A stretch of DNA of 64,000 bases from Nemertoderma westbladi (Eukaryota > Animalia > Xenacoelomorpha), in the NCBI GenBank assembly GCA_032718475.1, contig JAUCBJ010007711.1, forward strand, positions 1-64,000, given 5' to 3'. A model generated the notes under the pieces. The model saw nothing but the letters and a program-made list of their open reading frames with translations. It searched no databases and was not told where the DNA came from. The translations under genes and the position numbers were made by a program. Below are positions 1 through 11,616 of the stretch, piece by piece (the first letter of the stretch is position 1; every line of letters begins with the position of its first letter).

Positions 1-85
1 TCTTCCCTTAAGTTTAGGCCCTTCGCTAACATTAACTCCAAAATAGTTACCAGTAAGGGAGCTGTATACCATAGGGCTAAATAAG

Positions 86-813
86 GGATAGTTCTTTTTA
101 CAGAACACAGTAGAACACAGCAGAACACAATAGAATACAGGCGGAACATAGGCGAACACAGCTGTAATTAAAATCTGCACCAAAAAATAACACACTTGGG
201 AAAGTACCGGACTTAATCATACAACTGTAAGATGTCAATTACATATTTAAATTAAATGGCGGTTTTCCATATCCTCCAAAATAAATTACCTGATCAGAGT
301 TGCCCGATCAGCTGTTCGGTTAGGCCCGTACCTGTTACTAGTCCAGTAGTCTGCCTGTCAGCCTGTTCCAGTACTGCAGTAGGCCTAGTGCTGTAGAGAC
401 ATGTACAAACTGACAGACTGTACATTGTACAGGCAGACAGATGTAGGCTTCCTACAGTCCTACAGTCTAACTGACTGATGTGCAATTACCGGGCACAGTT
501 TAGAGTATATTACCAATGTACTGATGTAGGCCTACTCAACTACCGGTACTGTACTGCTGTAGAACTAACCAACTCTCCATGGTTACAGGATAATGAGAAG
601 TAATTTATTTTGGAGGATATGGAAAACCGCCATTTAATTTAAATATGTAATTGACATCTTACAGTTGTATGATTAAATCCGGTACTTTCCCAAGTGTGTT
701 ATTTTTTGGTGTAGATTTTAATTACAGCTGTGTTCGCCTATGTTCCGCCTGTATTCTATTGTGTTCTGCTGTGTTCTACTGTGTTCTGCTGTGTTCTGTA
801 AAAAGATATATCC
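86..813. mobile_element. Non-autonomous MULE/Mutator-like MITE
   Basis: ~200-bp inverted repeats (86-289 vs ~600-813), GGATA..TATCC ends, 9-bp direct repeat CTAAATAAG on both sides (77-85, 814-822); no coding capacity. Confidence 0.8.
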
Positions 814-1479
814 CTAAATAAGGCTGCAAGTTCGTGGTGAGATGGTTCCAATAATGACGTCATTTCTGTGACGGGATCTACGGATCCCGGTTTATCCGTT
901 GGGTTTTCTATCTACGCGTCCCCGCCGTGTGTGAAAGGTAAAAGAGTTCTGATGTTCGGTTAAATGTATAAGGTATAATATAGTTGATATATAGGCTATA
1001 GTATAGTATGGCACAGTTACCGGTAGATAAGTATGATATGGCGGTAGCGGACGGTGATAGAAGTCACCGTTCCACCCTACTGAACTAACTGAGTAAACTG
1101 AATGAATGATTGCTGCACAGGTAATATATATTGCACGGGTTTGGCCGTTACAGTACTTAGTCGATGCTGTCCCCCCATTGGCTAATATCCCTGTTGGCAC
1201 CCTTTGCCCCCCTCTGAAGTGCTTCCCTTCGCCCTTGCTGTTCTCTCTTGGTTTGGGGTTTGGCACCTGACCCTTATTGTGTGTCTCCTTTGGGGCCTAT
1301 TGTCCCCGTTTACTGGGCTGACACGAGGTTGATTGGTAATCAACCTCGTGCTCCCAATATTGCTTTATGGCTCACTCTATGGGTTTGTGTTAGCGGAATT
1401 GGATAAGCTAACAATTTCGCATCGGTAAGTAATATATAAACTGTTTATTGTTAAAGCTAAAAATAGAAAACAATATATA

Positions 1480-1670
1480 AAGTAAAAATAAATACAAATA
1501 ATTAATTAAAATTAAAGACAAATAATTAATTAAATTTAAATACAAATAATTAATTAAAATTAAATACAAATAGATAAATTAAATGAAATACAAATAAATA
1601 AATTAAAATGAAATACAAATAAATAAATTAAAATTAAATACAAATAAATAAGTATTAATAAATAAAAGAG
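1480..1670. repeat. AT-rich ~24-bp tandem repeat
   Basis: Repeated AAATACAAATAATTAATTAAAATT-like units; similar sequence resumes at ~1910-1940 and ~2880-2940. Confidence 0.7.
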
Positions 1671-1940
1671 CAGCGGTACCAATTCATAACTACTGTATGG
1701 TTTTCACTTTGAGACATTTCGCCCTCTAGCGGCAGACAGGGGAACTTCAGACAACTCTGTGACTCCGCAAAAGATATGGCCTATGCCGTAGTAGATGCCT
1801 ACCGAGTTTAAACCTATTCGGAATGAAAATAACAAAGTTAGAGAAGATGTTAATTTTAGATAATACGCTATATATATAATAATATTTTAAAATTAAGTTC
1901 AAATAAATAAAGTAAAAATAAAGACAAATAATTAATTTAA

Positions 1941-2875
1941 GGGGAGGGGGGGGGGGGGGGGGGGGTATACCCCCCTCAGGTAAATTTTCAAATTGTTGTT
2001 TCTTTATTTCATCTAGAGCAGAATTTAATGAGGATTACAAATCTGAAAACCGCTTAGTGAGACCTCTTTCAGTTCTCGAGTTATCACTGTTTTTCCGTAT
2101 GACGGTCTGTCCGTCAAATTGTAAGAAAGACAGAAGACCGACAGACAGACAGACAGACTAGATTCCACCAAACATTAAAACTGACACCGGAAATGGAATC
2201 AGCGACCCCGAAAACCCCCGTAATGAACTTTTTAGCTCGTTGGTGTGCCTTCGTGCCAGAAATAATTATCCAACCAGAACACGGACAGCCAATTTTGGCG
2301 GGACGGTTTAAACTTCGAAGGGCATTTTCTCGGAATGACATTTTTCATTTTCAAATTGCTACTCCTCCGTCATTTTTTAATCAATTTTCTTCATTTATGG
2401 CTCATTCGAACGAGCTTTGGAAGCTTTTTAAAAGTTATCTTATGGAATTTTGATAAATATTACAGTACCATTTTTTCTAATTAGCCAATTTTAAATAAAA
2501 ATATGATAATTAATTAATTAAATTAATTAATTAAATTAATTAAATTAATTAATTAAAATAAAAATGGCTAATCAAAAATTCTATAAGATCATTATTCAAT
2601 TCTATAAGATAAGTTTTGTAGAGTCGATCACGCTGAGTCCAAAAAAGTTGGTTTTAAGAAGTTTGGACCAAAATTGAGGGACTAGTTGTAGCAATTTTAG
2701 TGAAATCTTTAATTCCGCCGCCAGCCTCTAGGTGGAGGCTATAAATTTTCAAATTTTACTATAAAGACTATTTGGCCTTCCATACAGTGGTTGACCATGA
2801 CAAAATAGCAATATTATCATTTAACACTAATTGACAGTCATTTTAAAAAAAGGTTCATGGGGGGTATACCCCCCC
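1941..2875. mobile_element. Non-autonomous TTAA-target DNA transposon (Kolobok-like)
   Basis: TTAA on both sides; purine-start/pyrimidine-end termini with GGGGTATACCCCCC at each end; internal (GACA)n; internal segments recur at ~45240-45710 and inverted at ~59500-59640 and ~61250-61400. Confidence 0.6.
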
Positions 2876-2993
2876 TTAAATTAAATTGGAATAAATAAAT
2901 TAAAATTAATTACAAATATATAAGTATTAATAAATAAAAGATCCGTGGTGTCACTTATGACACCCTTTGGGCCTCTAGGTGACAGTTAGGCCT

Positions 2994-3277
2994 CACTGAT
3001 GACCATTGCGTGTCGGGGCGCTAATCAGTCTGATTAATCAGGATAATTAATTAAACACTAATTAGGAGTCATAAGACACCTATTAGGGTTTAATTGTACT
3101 AATTAAATGATGACACCTGTTAATTAGGGTCTAATTAACCTAATTAGGAGGTGTCACCAAGACAGTCTGTGCCTTGACACCCAATGACACCCATAGGGTG
3201 ATAATAGGGTGTCATATGACACCCAATGGGTGTCAGTGATGTCTCACTGTCGCCGAGCCGCCCAAACCTCTACTAAT
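2994..3277. mobile_element. Partial copy of the MITE at 58275-58602
   Basis: High similarity to 58314-58600 (GGGCGCTAATCAGTCTGATTAAT...ACTGTCGC.GAGCCGCCCAA). Confidence 0.75.
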
Positions 3278-3583
3278 CTTGCTCTACCACTATCTCTCAG
3301 ACTCTAATAAAACATTAACTGTGCATTGTAATCTATACAGATGTAATTTAAACAATCGTTATTGACTAATAATGGTTTTACATTTTAGGGGTAGCAATTT
3401 AGCAGAGATTTTGACAATTTATGGGTAGGTTTTGTGGATAAAATGGCGTCAGGCGATACTATGCTGGTAATTGTGCAAATTGGTGGCATACATAGTGAAG
3501 TTTTACGTTCTGGTAAATGGGCTGTTGATAGGAAAGACTTTCCAGACAAAATCTACCCTGAGGAACCGAGATTACCCTGAGGA

Positions 3584-3830
3584 AAATACGAACCTGAGAG
3601 GTTTATTATTTTCCTCCCCAATTGTGAGACCCAGCAACAAATCAATCAAGGTTTTCCATTGTTTTTCGAAGTTGACCTCAGTCATTTCCAATTCCATCAA
3701 ATGTCCGTAGTATTCATTTCTTATTAAATGGATACGACTTCTGACTGATAAGTAATTTTCATTTTCAATTGGCCCTTTGCATATTGATGGCATCCCTAGC
3801 AGTTCGAAGGGCGAATCAAAGAGGTTTTAA
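3584..3830 (-). pseudogene. Degenerate paralogous fragment of the HEPN domain of the adjacent SAMD9-like gene
   Basis: IRNEYYGHLMELEMTEVNFEKQWKTLIDLLLGLTIGEENNK aligns with IRNEYYAHLPKLAMTNGVFEKQWKILSDLLLSLTIGEENNK (DNA 3601-3722 vs ~8183-8303); frame lost on both sides. Confidence 0.8.
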
Positions 3831-4211
3831 AATTGTGGATGTCCGATATCAATTATTGTATTGGTTATTGTAACATTTTAGTTTGATTTACCTCCAGAAA
3901 GGGTATAATTTATCTTTGTAAATATCAAGAGGAAAATTTATGTACATACCGGTATTATGTCTATTAAATCTAGAAAGAAAATGTTACCTTTTATTCAATT
4001 TACAATAACTAACCAATCATTTATCATTAAATCAATCATCTAAAATTATGTAGAAAAATAAAAAATTAAAAAGTATATTATGTCTAGTATCATGATTGGG
4101 GTAGCTTATAAAGACAATTATATTTTTTGTTTCATAGTTACACCGATGAGTTTTATAATTATGCAAACCTATCGTATATAATTGACATACTGTCTTACAA
4201 GTACACTCCCT

Positions 4212-7200
4212 TCAAGTTGACTCTTTCTCGCACTCTTCTACATTGTCAGCTTTCAATTGACCGACGGTGGTGAACACCAAATTAAATTTTATAGGTACAC
4301 GCGCCTTTCCCATTTGTCTAAAATTTTCTTTAACACCAATATGGTTTACAGTCAAATTATCATAACCATCAACTCGAATTAAATCTTTTGAATCGATGGG
4401 ACGCCCTGTAAATTCCTTCAGTTCCTCAGTGAGTTCTTCAGTTCCTTCACGGAATGGGATTATTCCGGCAATTCCAGTTCCCTTTCCAACACTAAACAGT
4501 ATTTTGTTGGAGTTCTTCTCAACAATATCATCATCTTTAAAAATCATTTTAGGTATTTTAATATGTTTTTTATCTTCTTGGAGACTTTTTATGAATAACA
4601 GAACACCATGGAAGATATGAGATAGGGTCACATCTTCAAATTTCTCCTGCCAAGTTTTAGCAGCAAATATGAGACTATCCAAAGTGTTTTTGTCATGAAC
4701 CTGATGTGGTGCCTTGTAATGCAATATTATGGCTGCTCTAATAAAGTCCTCGAATGTGGAAGACAGGACCTTGGCAGGAGCTTTGGTCCAACGACATTCT
4801 GTTTCTTTAATAATCAGACGCAGTTCGAAAGGTCGCAGGTCAATAAATTGTTTCCGTGTATGTCCTTGATCTGACCAATATCCTACGAGGTCACCAACTG
4901 GTATACACATATTGTCTTTAACACATGTGAAGAAAGTTTCTAAATCAGTTGAACACAAGCGTGTGGATTTCAGCCCATGATGCATTTTTAAAATGTCAAG
5001 AAACAACTTGAAGCGTTGCTCAACATTGATGGTTCTTTCACATAAGCGCTCTTCGCTCTCTAGGCGTTGATATACATCCATAATTTTACCACATTCCTCT
5101 ACACAGTTTTTGAAGGCACTCAACTCTCCTTTTAGTGCATCAGAATATAAATTAGATTTTTTTTTGCATCGATGTTCAAAAAACGTATCCAATGTGTATA
5201 AAATAGCTTTCAATTCCCCAATAAACGCACCAGGATGATACTTCCAGGTATTAAAATAAACACGATTGTGTAAAACTGGTTTGCTTTGAGCCAATTGGAA
5301 AGCAATTCTTGCCTCTTTTCCGATTTCTAGGATATTCTCTAACGTTTTATCTTTTTCTGCTTTTGTTAAAATACTACAAGTGCCGGTACCACTAAAGATT
5401 GTTTTAAAATGCTTGATTTGGTTGCACAGTAAATGTCCATACGTTACTAGTGAATCTGCACTTATTCCAGTAGAACTTTCCAATGTTTCATATATTTTGA
5501 GTCCCAATACTTTCTTCATTTCTTCAATGGACTTTTTGTGATCTTCTAATTCGTACATGAGTCTTGCATATACTGATCGCACCCTATTCATGTGATCTGC
5601 CATTCTCCTATCACTCTGTAACTTTTCAATTATTATGGGTAAAACTTTTCCTGCCTCATCCTTATCCCAATTTATTAAATTTTGAGTGAAATTTGTGTAA
5701 TGGTAATTTTGTGATGAATTCTTCATAATCAAATCACTTACAATATATCCGATGTCTTCATAATTTGAATCAGTTAGATTGTTCAAAGTATATTCCAAAT
5801 CCTTTACAAATACACTGATCACCACCGCTGAAAAAAATTCCTCTTTTAAATCTGTTGGTACACTTCCATGACTAATGCCAGAATTGTGTCGTCTTTTTGT
5901 AGATTTGAGATGTTTCAGATCAGAGAAGATGTCATCAAGACCTTCAGCATCTGCAACACATTCAGTTAACACATATGGAATAAGACAATGTTCAGCCAGT
6001 TTTATACCTGCTCTCCCATACTTATCACTATTTTCATCAGTGACAAACAATTCACCAATTGGGCCAATATTGTCACGCAGATTTGTAAATGTTATCGGTT
6101 TGTTCTCCATGCCCAAAATAGTTGAAGCGATTGTCAGAGGAAGCTTTAGTGCTGTGGAATGTTGCCTCATCAAGCAGGCAAGTCTCAAAACTCGCCGCTC
6201 AAATTCGCTAGTATTTTCAATACATTGGTTAACATGCTTTTTAATCCTTCCGTATTCTCCTGTAAATTTCATTAGCCCCAGTAAAAAAATTGTATCGCCC
6301 GATTTGTCATAAAGATCCCTGAATGCTGCACTGTCAACTGGATCATCCAATCGCGACTTCATATAAACTTTTAGTTCACTTTGTTTATCCACATTACAAA
6401 TACCTCCATGGGTATCCTCATGGTAAAATTTAGTGGCAACGCTTTGACTTGGTATTCGCAACACATGCAAAATAACACAGTCAACATTTCTTGCTCCTAA
6501 ATTTAGGCTAATTTGCCCAACATCAGTTGTAGAAAATTTATCATCAACACATAACAATAATGGGAGCTTACCAGAGCGGACATAAATGTCTTTAGCAGCA
6601 TCATAAAATTCGGTTTCATCAACAATATGCAGTATTATTTCCATTGCTGGGTGTCTTTCTCTCAACTTAAATAAGGTGACGCGTGCAGCAGTAGTTCCCC
6701 CGCCAGATGGGTCATGCATTACTGTAATGATGTTCGATTTTGGTTTGGTCGGCCAGAAAGGCTTCTGCTTCAGCCTACCCTCCGCCATTCTGCGCAGATT
6801 CTGCATTGCTGTTCTATCAACATATAATTGCCGTTTGTCATTGACGTACAACATTTCTGGAGTTATTTCATTTCCCTTCAAATAATCAATTTTGCAAATA
6901 TTCATTTCTTTGTCTAAGTTGCTGCCCAAACCTTTCCAGGTTTCCTCTCCAATATTTCGGTGATACATTGTCATCAAAGATTTGTAGTCATTGAAAGTTT
7001 TGGGTGGCATATTCCATGTGGTATGGGTACGTGAAGGGAAAATGTACTCTTCCTGATCACTAAAATTTGTATTGCAAAACTTTTTAAATATTACTTCGCA
7101 CAGTATGTCTAGTTGGAGAGGAATAATTTTAACTTTTTGCGCCTTTAGTTCAGCAAGATGTTGATATGCACCATTGGTGTTGAGGGCAAAGCAAAATATG

Positions 7201-8735
7201 TTAAACTTGTATATATTGCCCGATGCCTTAGTTTGTAGATCCTCATCAAACACAAAATTAGTTAAATATAATATTAACGTTTGTATGTCTTTTGTCGATT
7301 CAATATCCTCCCCAAATGATAGGATTGTAACTGTCACTTCTCTTGGCCTATCAAATTTTTCAGCAATGCTATTTATCAATGGCCCAAATTCGGGTACTAA
7401 AATAGATTTAAATTTCTGTGTAGCTTCCTTTTCGTTCATTCGCACATATAACGTGACCTTTGAAGCACTTATCTTAGACGTTCTTGATTCTTTAACTTGG
7501 TTGATTTCAACAGGCTTGATTATGTCTACAGATTTATGTTGCATAATCGAATTCTTAATAAATTCAAAGGCAGTATTTTCATTATTATCCAAAGGTTTAG
7601 CAAAATCGATCACCACATCCCACGGAACAGTCCCAATGGCTCGTCCATAGTGTCCAAAACCAGAAAGTATTACACAACGGTTCAAAAAATCTTCCAAAAC
7701 TAGAATCCTGAAACCTTCATTATTTTCAGTAATCAACTGTTTCCAATTCTCAAAAATTTTATCATCATAATCATAGCCACTTATCACAACGGGTAATTTT
7801 TCACCTTGCATTTTATTAAAGTATTCTTTCATATCTTGTTTCAATTTTTCAACACTGTCACGAACAATAGGAAAAAGACTACTATTGATTATGCATGCCA
7901 TTTTTTTGTCATTAAGAATTTCATCAAACCAATTTCTAAATTCATTTAAATTGCTCTCATCCCATCCCCTACTGTGTTGGTTAGGATTAAAGGTACTTCG
8001 AATATCATCTGATATCCCCAGAAGTAATTGTGTTTGCAATTCTTGGTTATCTACAACCCATCCAACAATCCATCGTAATTGCTCGACATTTGTTCCCATA
8101 CTTCTCATTAAGTCCGTCAGGATTTCGTCACATGATGTCGGATTCATTTCTTGATTTTTCAACTCTTCAATACGAACTTGAAGTTTATTATTTTCCTCCC
8201 CAATCGTGAGACTCAGCAACAAATCACTCAAGATTTTCCATTGTTTTTCAAAGACACCATTAGTCATTGCCAGTTTTGGCAAATGCGCATAGTATTCATT
8301 TCTGATCGAACGGAGATCTTTTAAGCAAACCATCTCCCCTTCCAGCTTTAGCAAATCAAAGAGGGTTAGTATTAGTGTTATATCAAAATTAGATGCATCC
8401 GATGCTACACCTCTTGGATAAAGTTTTGCCATGAATAATTTAGCATCTTTGTTTGCTGAAATTTTTTTCTTATTATCTGTCAGGAAATGTAAAAATGATT
8501 CTTGGCTTTCGAAGTTATCACATAATTTCTTCCTTTTTGCATCTATGTCGTAAACGTTTGCACAATCTTCTCGCAGGCCTTTTGGGCCTAGTTGGATGAG
8601 AATTTCTATGCATTTGATGTCATTAATTTCACTGATACCACTTTTCATAAGACCAGTTGGAAACACATTATCTTTCTGATCTTCAAACTTGAGTTTTTTC
8701 ATAAGCATTTTACGATTATCTTCTAAAATTTGCAT
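4212..8735 (-). CDS. SAMD9/SAMD9L-like STAND NTPase with N-terminal DZIP3/hRUL138-like HEPN domain (intronless, 1507 aa)
   Basis: Uninterrupted 4.5-kb ORF. HEPN-like FDITL...LRSIRNEYYAH...FEKQW; SIR2-like segment (VPWDVVIDF); SAMD9-type Walker A MHDPSGGGTT and Walker B LLLCVDD; helical/TPR-like region; C-terminal OB-like IKFNLVFTTVGQLKADNV. True start uncertain: the frame continues upstream past one TAG at 8862-8864. Confidence 0.8.
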   Translation of the reverse strand: MQILEDNRKMLMKKLKFEDQKDNVFPTGLMKSGISEINDIKCIEILIQLGPKGLREDCANVYDIDAKRKKLCDNFESQESFLHFLTDNKKKISANKDAKLFMAKLYPRGVASDASNFDITLILTLFDLLKLEGEMVCLKDLRSIRNEYYAHLPKLAMTNGVFEKQWKILSDLLLSLTIGEENNKLQVRIEELKNQEMNPTSCDEILTDLMRSMGTNVEQLRWIVGWVVDNQELQTQLLLGISDDIRSTFNPNQHSRGWDESNLNEFRNWFDEILNDKKMACIINSSLFPIVRDSVEKLKQDMKEYFNKMQGEKLPVVISGYDYDDKIFENWKQLITENNEGFRILVLEDFLNRCVILSGFGHYGRAIGTVPWDVVIDFAKPLDNNENTAFEFIKNSIMQHKSVDIIKPVEINQVKESRTSKISASKVTLYVRMNEKEATQKFKSILVPEFGPLINSIAEKFDRPREVTVTILSFGEDIESTKDIQTLILYLTNFVFDEDLQTKASGNIYKFNIFCFALNTNGAYQHLAELKAQKVKIIPLQLDILCEVIFKKFCNTNFSDQEEYIFPSRTHTTWNMPPKTFNDYKSLMTMYHRNIGEETWKGLGSNLDKEMNICKIDYLKGNEITPEMLYVNDKRQLYVDRTAMQNLRRMAEGRLKQKPFWPTKPKSNIITVMHDPSGGGTTAARVTLFKLRERHPAMEIILHIVDETEFYDAAKDIYVRSGKLPLLLCVDDKFSTTDVGQISLNLGARNVDCVILHVLRIPSQSVATKFYHEDTHGGICNVDKQSELKVYMKSRLDDPVDSAAFRDLYDKSGDTIFLLGLMKFTGEYGRIKKHVNQCIENTSEFERRVLRLACLMRQHSTALKLPLTIASTILGMENKPITFTNLRDNIGPIGELFVTDENSDKYGRAGIKLAEHCLIPYVLTECVADAEGLDDIFSDLKHLKSTKRRHNSGISHGSVPTDLKEEFFSAVVISVFVKDLEYTLNNLTDSNYEDIGYIVSDLIMKNSSQNYHYTNFTQNLINWDKDEAGKVLPIIIEKLQSDRRMADHMNRVRSVYARLMYELEDHKKSIEEMKKVLGLKIYETLESSTGISADSLVTYGHLLCNQIKHFKTIFSGTGTCSILTKAEKDKTLENILEIGKEARIAFQLAQSKPVLHNRVYFNTWKYHPGAFIGELKAILYTLDTFFEHRCKKKSNLYSDALKGELSAFKNCVEECGKIMDVYQRLESEERLCERTINVEQRFKLFLDILKMHHGLKSTRLCSTDLETFFTCVKDNMCIPVGDLVGYWSDQGHTRKQFIDLRPFELRLIIKETECRWTKAPAKVLSSTFEDFIRAAIILHYKAPHQVHDKNTLDSLIFAAKTWQEKFEDVTLSHIFHGVLLFIKSLQEDKKHIKIPKMIFKDDDIVEKNSNKILFSVGKGTGIAGIIPFREGTEELTEELKEFTGRPIDSKDLIRVDGYDNLTVNHIGVKENFRQMGKARVPIKFNLVFTTVGQLKADNVEECEKEST

Positions 8736-9045
8736 TATTCCGCCAGTATATTGTTTGCATTCCGTTTCAAATAGATTTTGGAGTACTGTTGTCCCTTCCG
8801 ATAGAAGAAGTCCAATAAATTTTAGTCCATTTATATCTTGTGGCGATCGTAGCGGTGGACTCTAATAGCCACAATTCCCTGAAGTACTTTCTGCATTACT
8901 GCTTGTTTGTTTAGCGGTATTAGAAGCGTTTGTTATAATTGACTCATCTTCACAAGTCAAAACATCATACGGATTGCTCACTGAAACTCGTTCATGTGGC
9001 TTATTTGGATGAAGTTGCCTTGAAATTCCAGTCTTTTTTTTTTTT

Positions 9046-11616
9046 AGATTCCGTTTCCTTTCATTCCGTTTCCTACGCGCTCGTAAATGACGCGGAAGAA
9101 GCCACGTTCATGGGCCCACGGGAGGATTTTTTTGCGTGTCTGTAAAGGGGTAAGGGATGTCTAATAAGGAGTCAAAGTCCTTGTACAAGTCGGGATATGA
9201 TATATCGCCAAACCGAGTTTACAGATCCTCTCGTTGAACAACAGGTCGAGAACGGGTTGTGGCAACATTGAGGGCTCAATGCCGAGTGTAGGTTGACGCT
9301 TGGTTTCAATAAAGTATCGGTAGGAATTCTCAAACTGTCCGTGCCGAGGTAGCATTTCCTGGAAGGACGGAGGGGTGAAGGATGCATCAGCGCTACGGAA
9401 GGTTCGTGTGAATACATGGGTGGCTCCAGTTAAACCACGGATATGTATTAATCAGGTAGTACCGAGTTCATCATTCGATACGGAACCTTCGTTATAGTAT
9501 AGCATTACGCCATAATGTTGGATGATCTCAAGAGTGTGGTTAAACTCGAGATACGCGACAGTTTCATCCACTTCAACCGGCGTCCATAAACTGCCAAGGG
9601 ATCCAATGGAACCTCGGGCAATAACTACCGATTTGTAGCTTTGGACATTCTCTACGACGGATTTTCCTTTCAACATGGTAGAGAGTTTAACTTCCCAGAA
9701 CCGTACGTCGATGTTCCAGTGAATCAATCGATCACTAATGAAATTAGCAAGATTCCGAGGGGGTGCGGGTTTATCCTCGATAGTTTGTATGTTAAAGGGT
9801 TTGCGAAAGGCGTTCAGTTTGATTATGTGATCTAGATGTTTCTGCAGGGGTTCGATTTCCATGACATCGAGGGGATAAACTAAGGGTAGAAAATCGATAC
9901 TGCAGGCGGAATCCTCGGGTTTCATCACATAATGTTGACCGAGTAGAACGAAATCCGGATGGTCCTGAATTCCATAGAATGGAGGATGGAGAGGATGTCT
10001 TTCCAGATTTTTATCCCGGATTAGTGACTTGATTTGGTCAGTTCGACCAAGGGGAGCGATAATCCACTTATCTGTTTCGTCGAGAAGGGGCTCTACAATG
10101 TGGGTTTCCAGCATCGGAGCGTCTGCGACTAGGTTGGAGTTAGAGATGTCAGTGTCAAAAAGTATCGTTTGGGTTTGACTGTAAGCGACACCGAAACGCT
10201 TTACAGACCTGGACGGGTGAGCCTGCGCTTTACCTTGGAACCCTTCCATAAGAGTCTGGACCGTGGGTTGAACCAAAGAAGCTAGCTTGCGCTCGTTGTT
10301 TAAACGTTCACGCTCTATCTGTTCCTCTTCTTTGCGAAGACGTTGGTTTTTCTCAGAGCATCCGCGAGGGAGATAGCCTTTCCTCGTTCGATTTCCTCTT
10401 GTAGGAGGCGGACTTCGGATTCGAATTCCGGTAGTCTCATGCAACGGACGACATCAAGCTTGCCGGAGAGTTTAATAGGGTCATCTATGTCGATAGAGTT
10501 TCTAAGGGCGCTAAGGAACTCGGTAACCAAGTAGTTACGATTGAGCGTGGAGGTCCTGGCGAAGGTGAGAGGGGAAGTCCACATGGATTCTTCGCATTGC
10601 AGCAAACTGCCGCGACCGATGCCGACCATAGAGGGATGAACAGGGGTCAGTTATTCCTCTTGGTAACGGGGAGCAATCTGTTCCCCCATGGAAATAGAGA
10701 TACATGGCTTCGGAGAAGCGGGGGTCGGTCGGAGATCGGTCGGGTTTCACCATAGGCAACATCGTGCCGGGGGAGAACTCAGGGACACCGATCATGGGTT
10801 TACGCACCCTCTGCAAACTACGCAACTGTTTCTCATCGACATTAAATCAATAGCCAGAAGTCAGTTTTGTTCGGGGGTGGAGACTTTACACATCTGACTT
10901 ACTATACTCCTCCATGTCATAAAAGGCATCAGGGAGGACCGGGAGCGGGTGACCCTCGGTGAGGTACATCATAGTGTGATAGAGTCGTTTGATCTCTTTA
11001 GCTGGGTTAGGATGAATGCCCCTGGGGTACAGAGTTTGTTTACCGTAGATCCTGTTTACTTGCGACCTTTAGATACGTTTCGCAGAGAAAGGTGACATAG
11101 TCCTCGAAGCGGGAGAGATGAGAAGGATTCTCGGTGTCATCATCCGCAATGCCAACATGAATCTGATAGTCATGTTGTGTTCAGGTCTCATTACTACGTT
11201 GCCGTTCAACGTGTAGTTTGAACATCTTCATGTCCCATTCGACATGCTGGTCATCAACATCCCATAAGTCCATGTGGTCGTGACCAGTGGTGAGGAAGCT
11301 GTTATAACTTCCATCTCGTTCAGTATATTTGAGAATGAACTCACGATATTGTTGTTCGATGTTGCGCTGTTCGGGGTTCATCGGCGGTTCGATGTAGTAC
11401 CCTGAAGGATCCATACGCGGTTCCATGCTTTGAGCGAGCTTGGTGGATTCACCGGTGTAATCAGCCATCATCGTATCCATCATCTCCGAGTTTGAGTAGA
11501 ATAATGTGTATAGGGGGTAGGCGAGCGTCACCTCCCCAAAGGCGCTGAGACACGCCGCGACGCAGTCCCTGGTCAACCCCTTATGGTGAGAATCGAGTTT
11601 GCAACTACCAGCGGTA
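9046..11616 (-). pseudogene. Disrupted orphan ORF (~850 codons) downstream of BEL/Pao pol, env position
   Basis: ORF pieces 11576-11181, 10825-10535, 10629-10315, 10444-9452 and 9355-9161 join via stops/frameshifts into one protein-like frame; more GC-rich than flanks; begins after a TTTTTCAG acceptor-like site; no recognised domain. Confidence 0.55.

Noticed and set aside
4396-8154. Plus-strand ORFs overlapping the SAMD9-like gene
   Set aside because: Antisense shadows of a long coding frame, no motifs
9034-9045. A12 run as the poly(A) tail of a retrocopy
   Set aside because: No poly(A) signal or TSD, and it reads as Lys codons in the SAMD9-like upstream frame; ambiguous so not called
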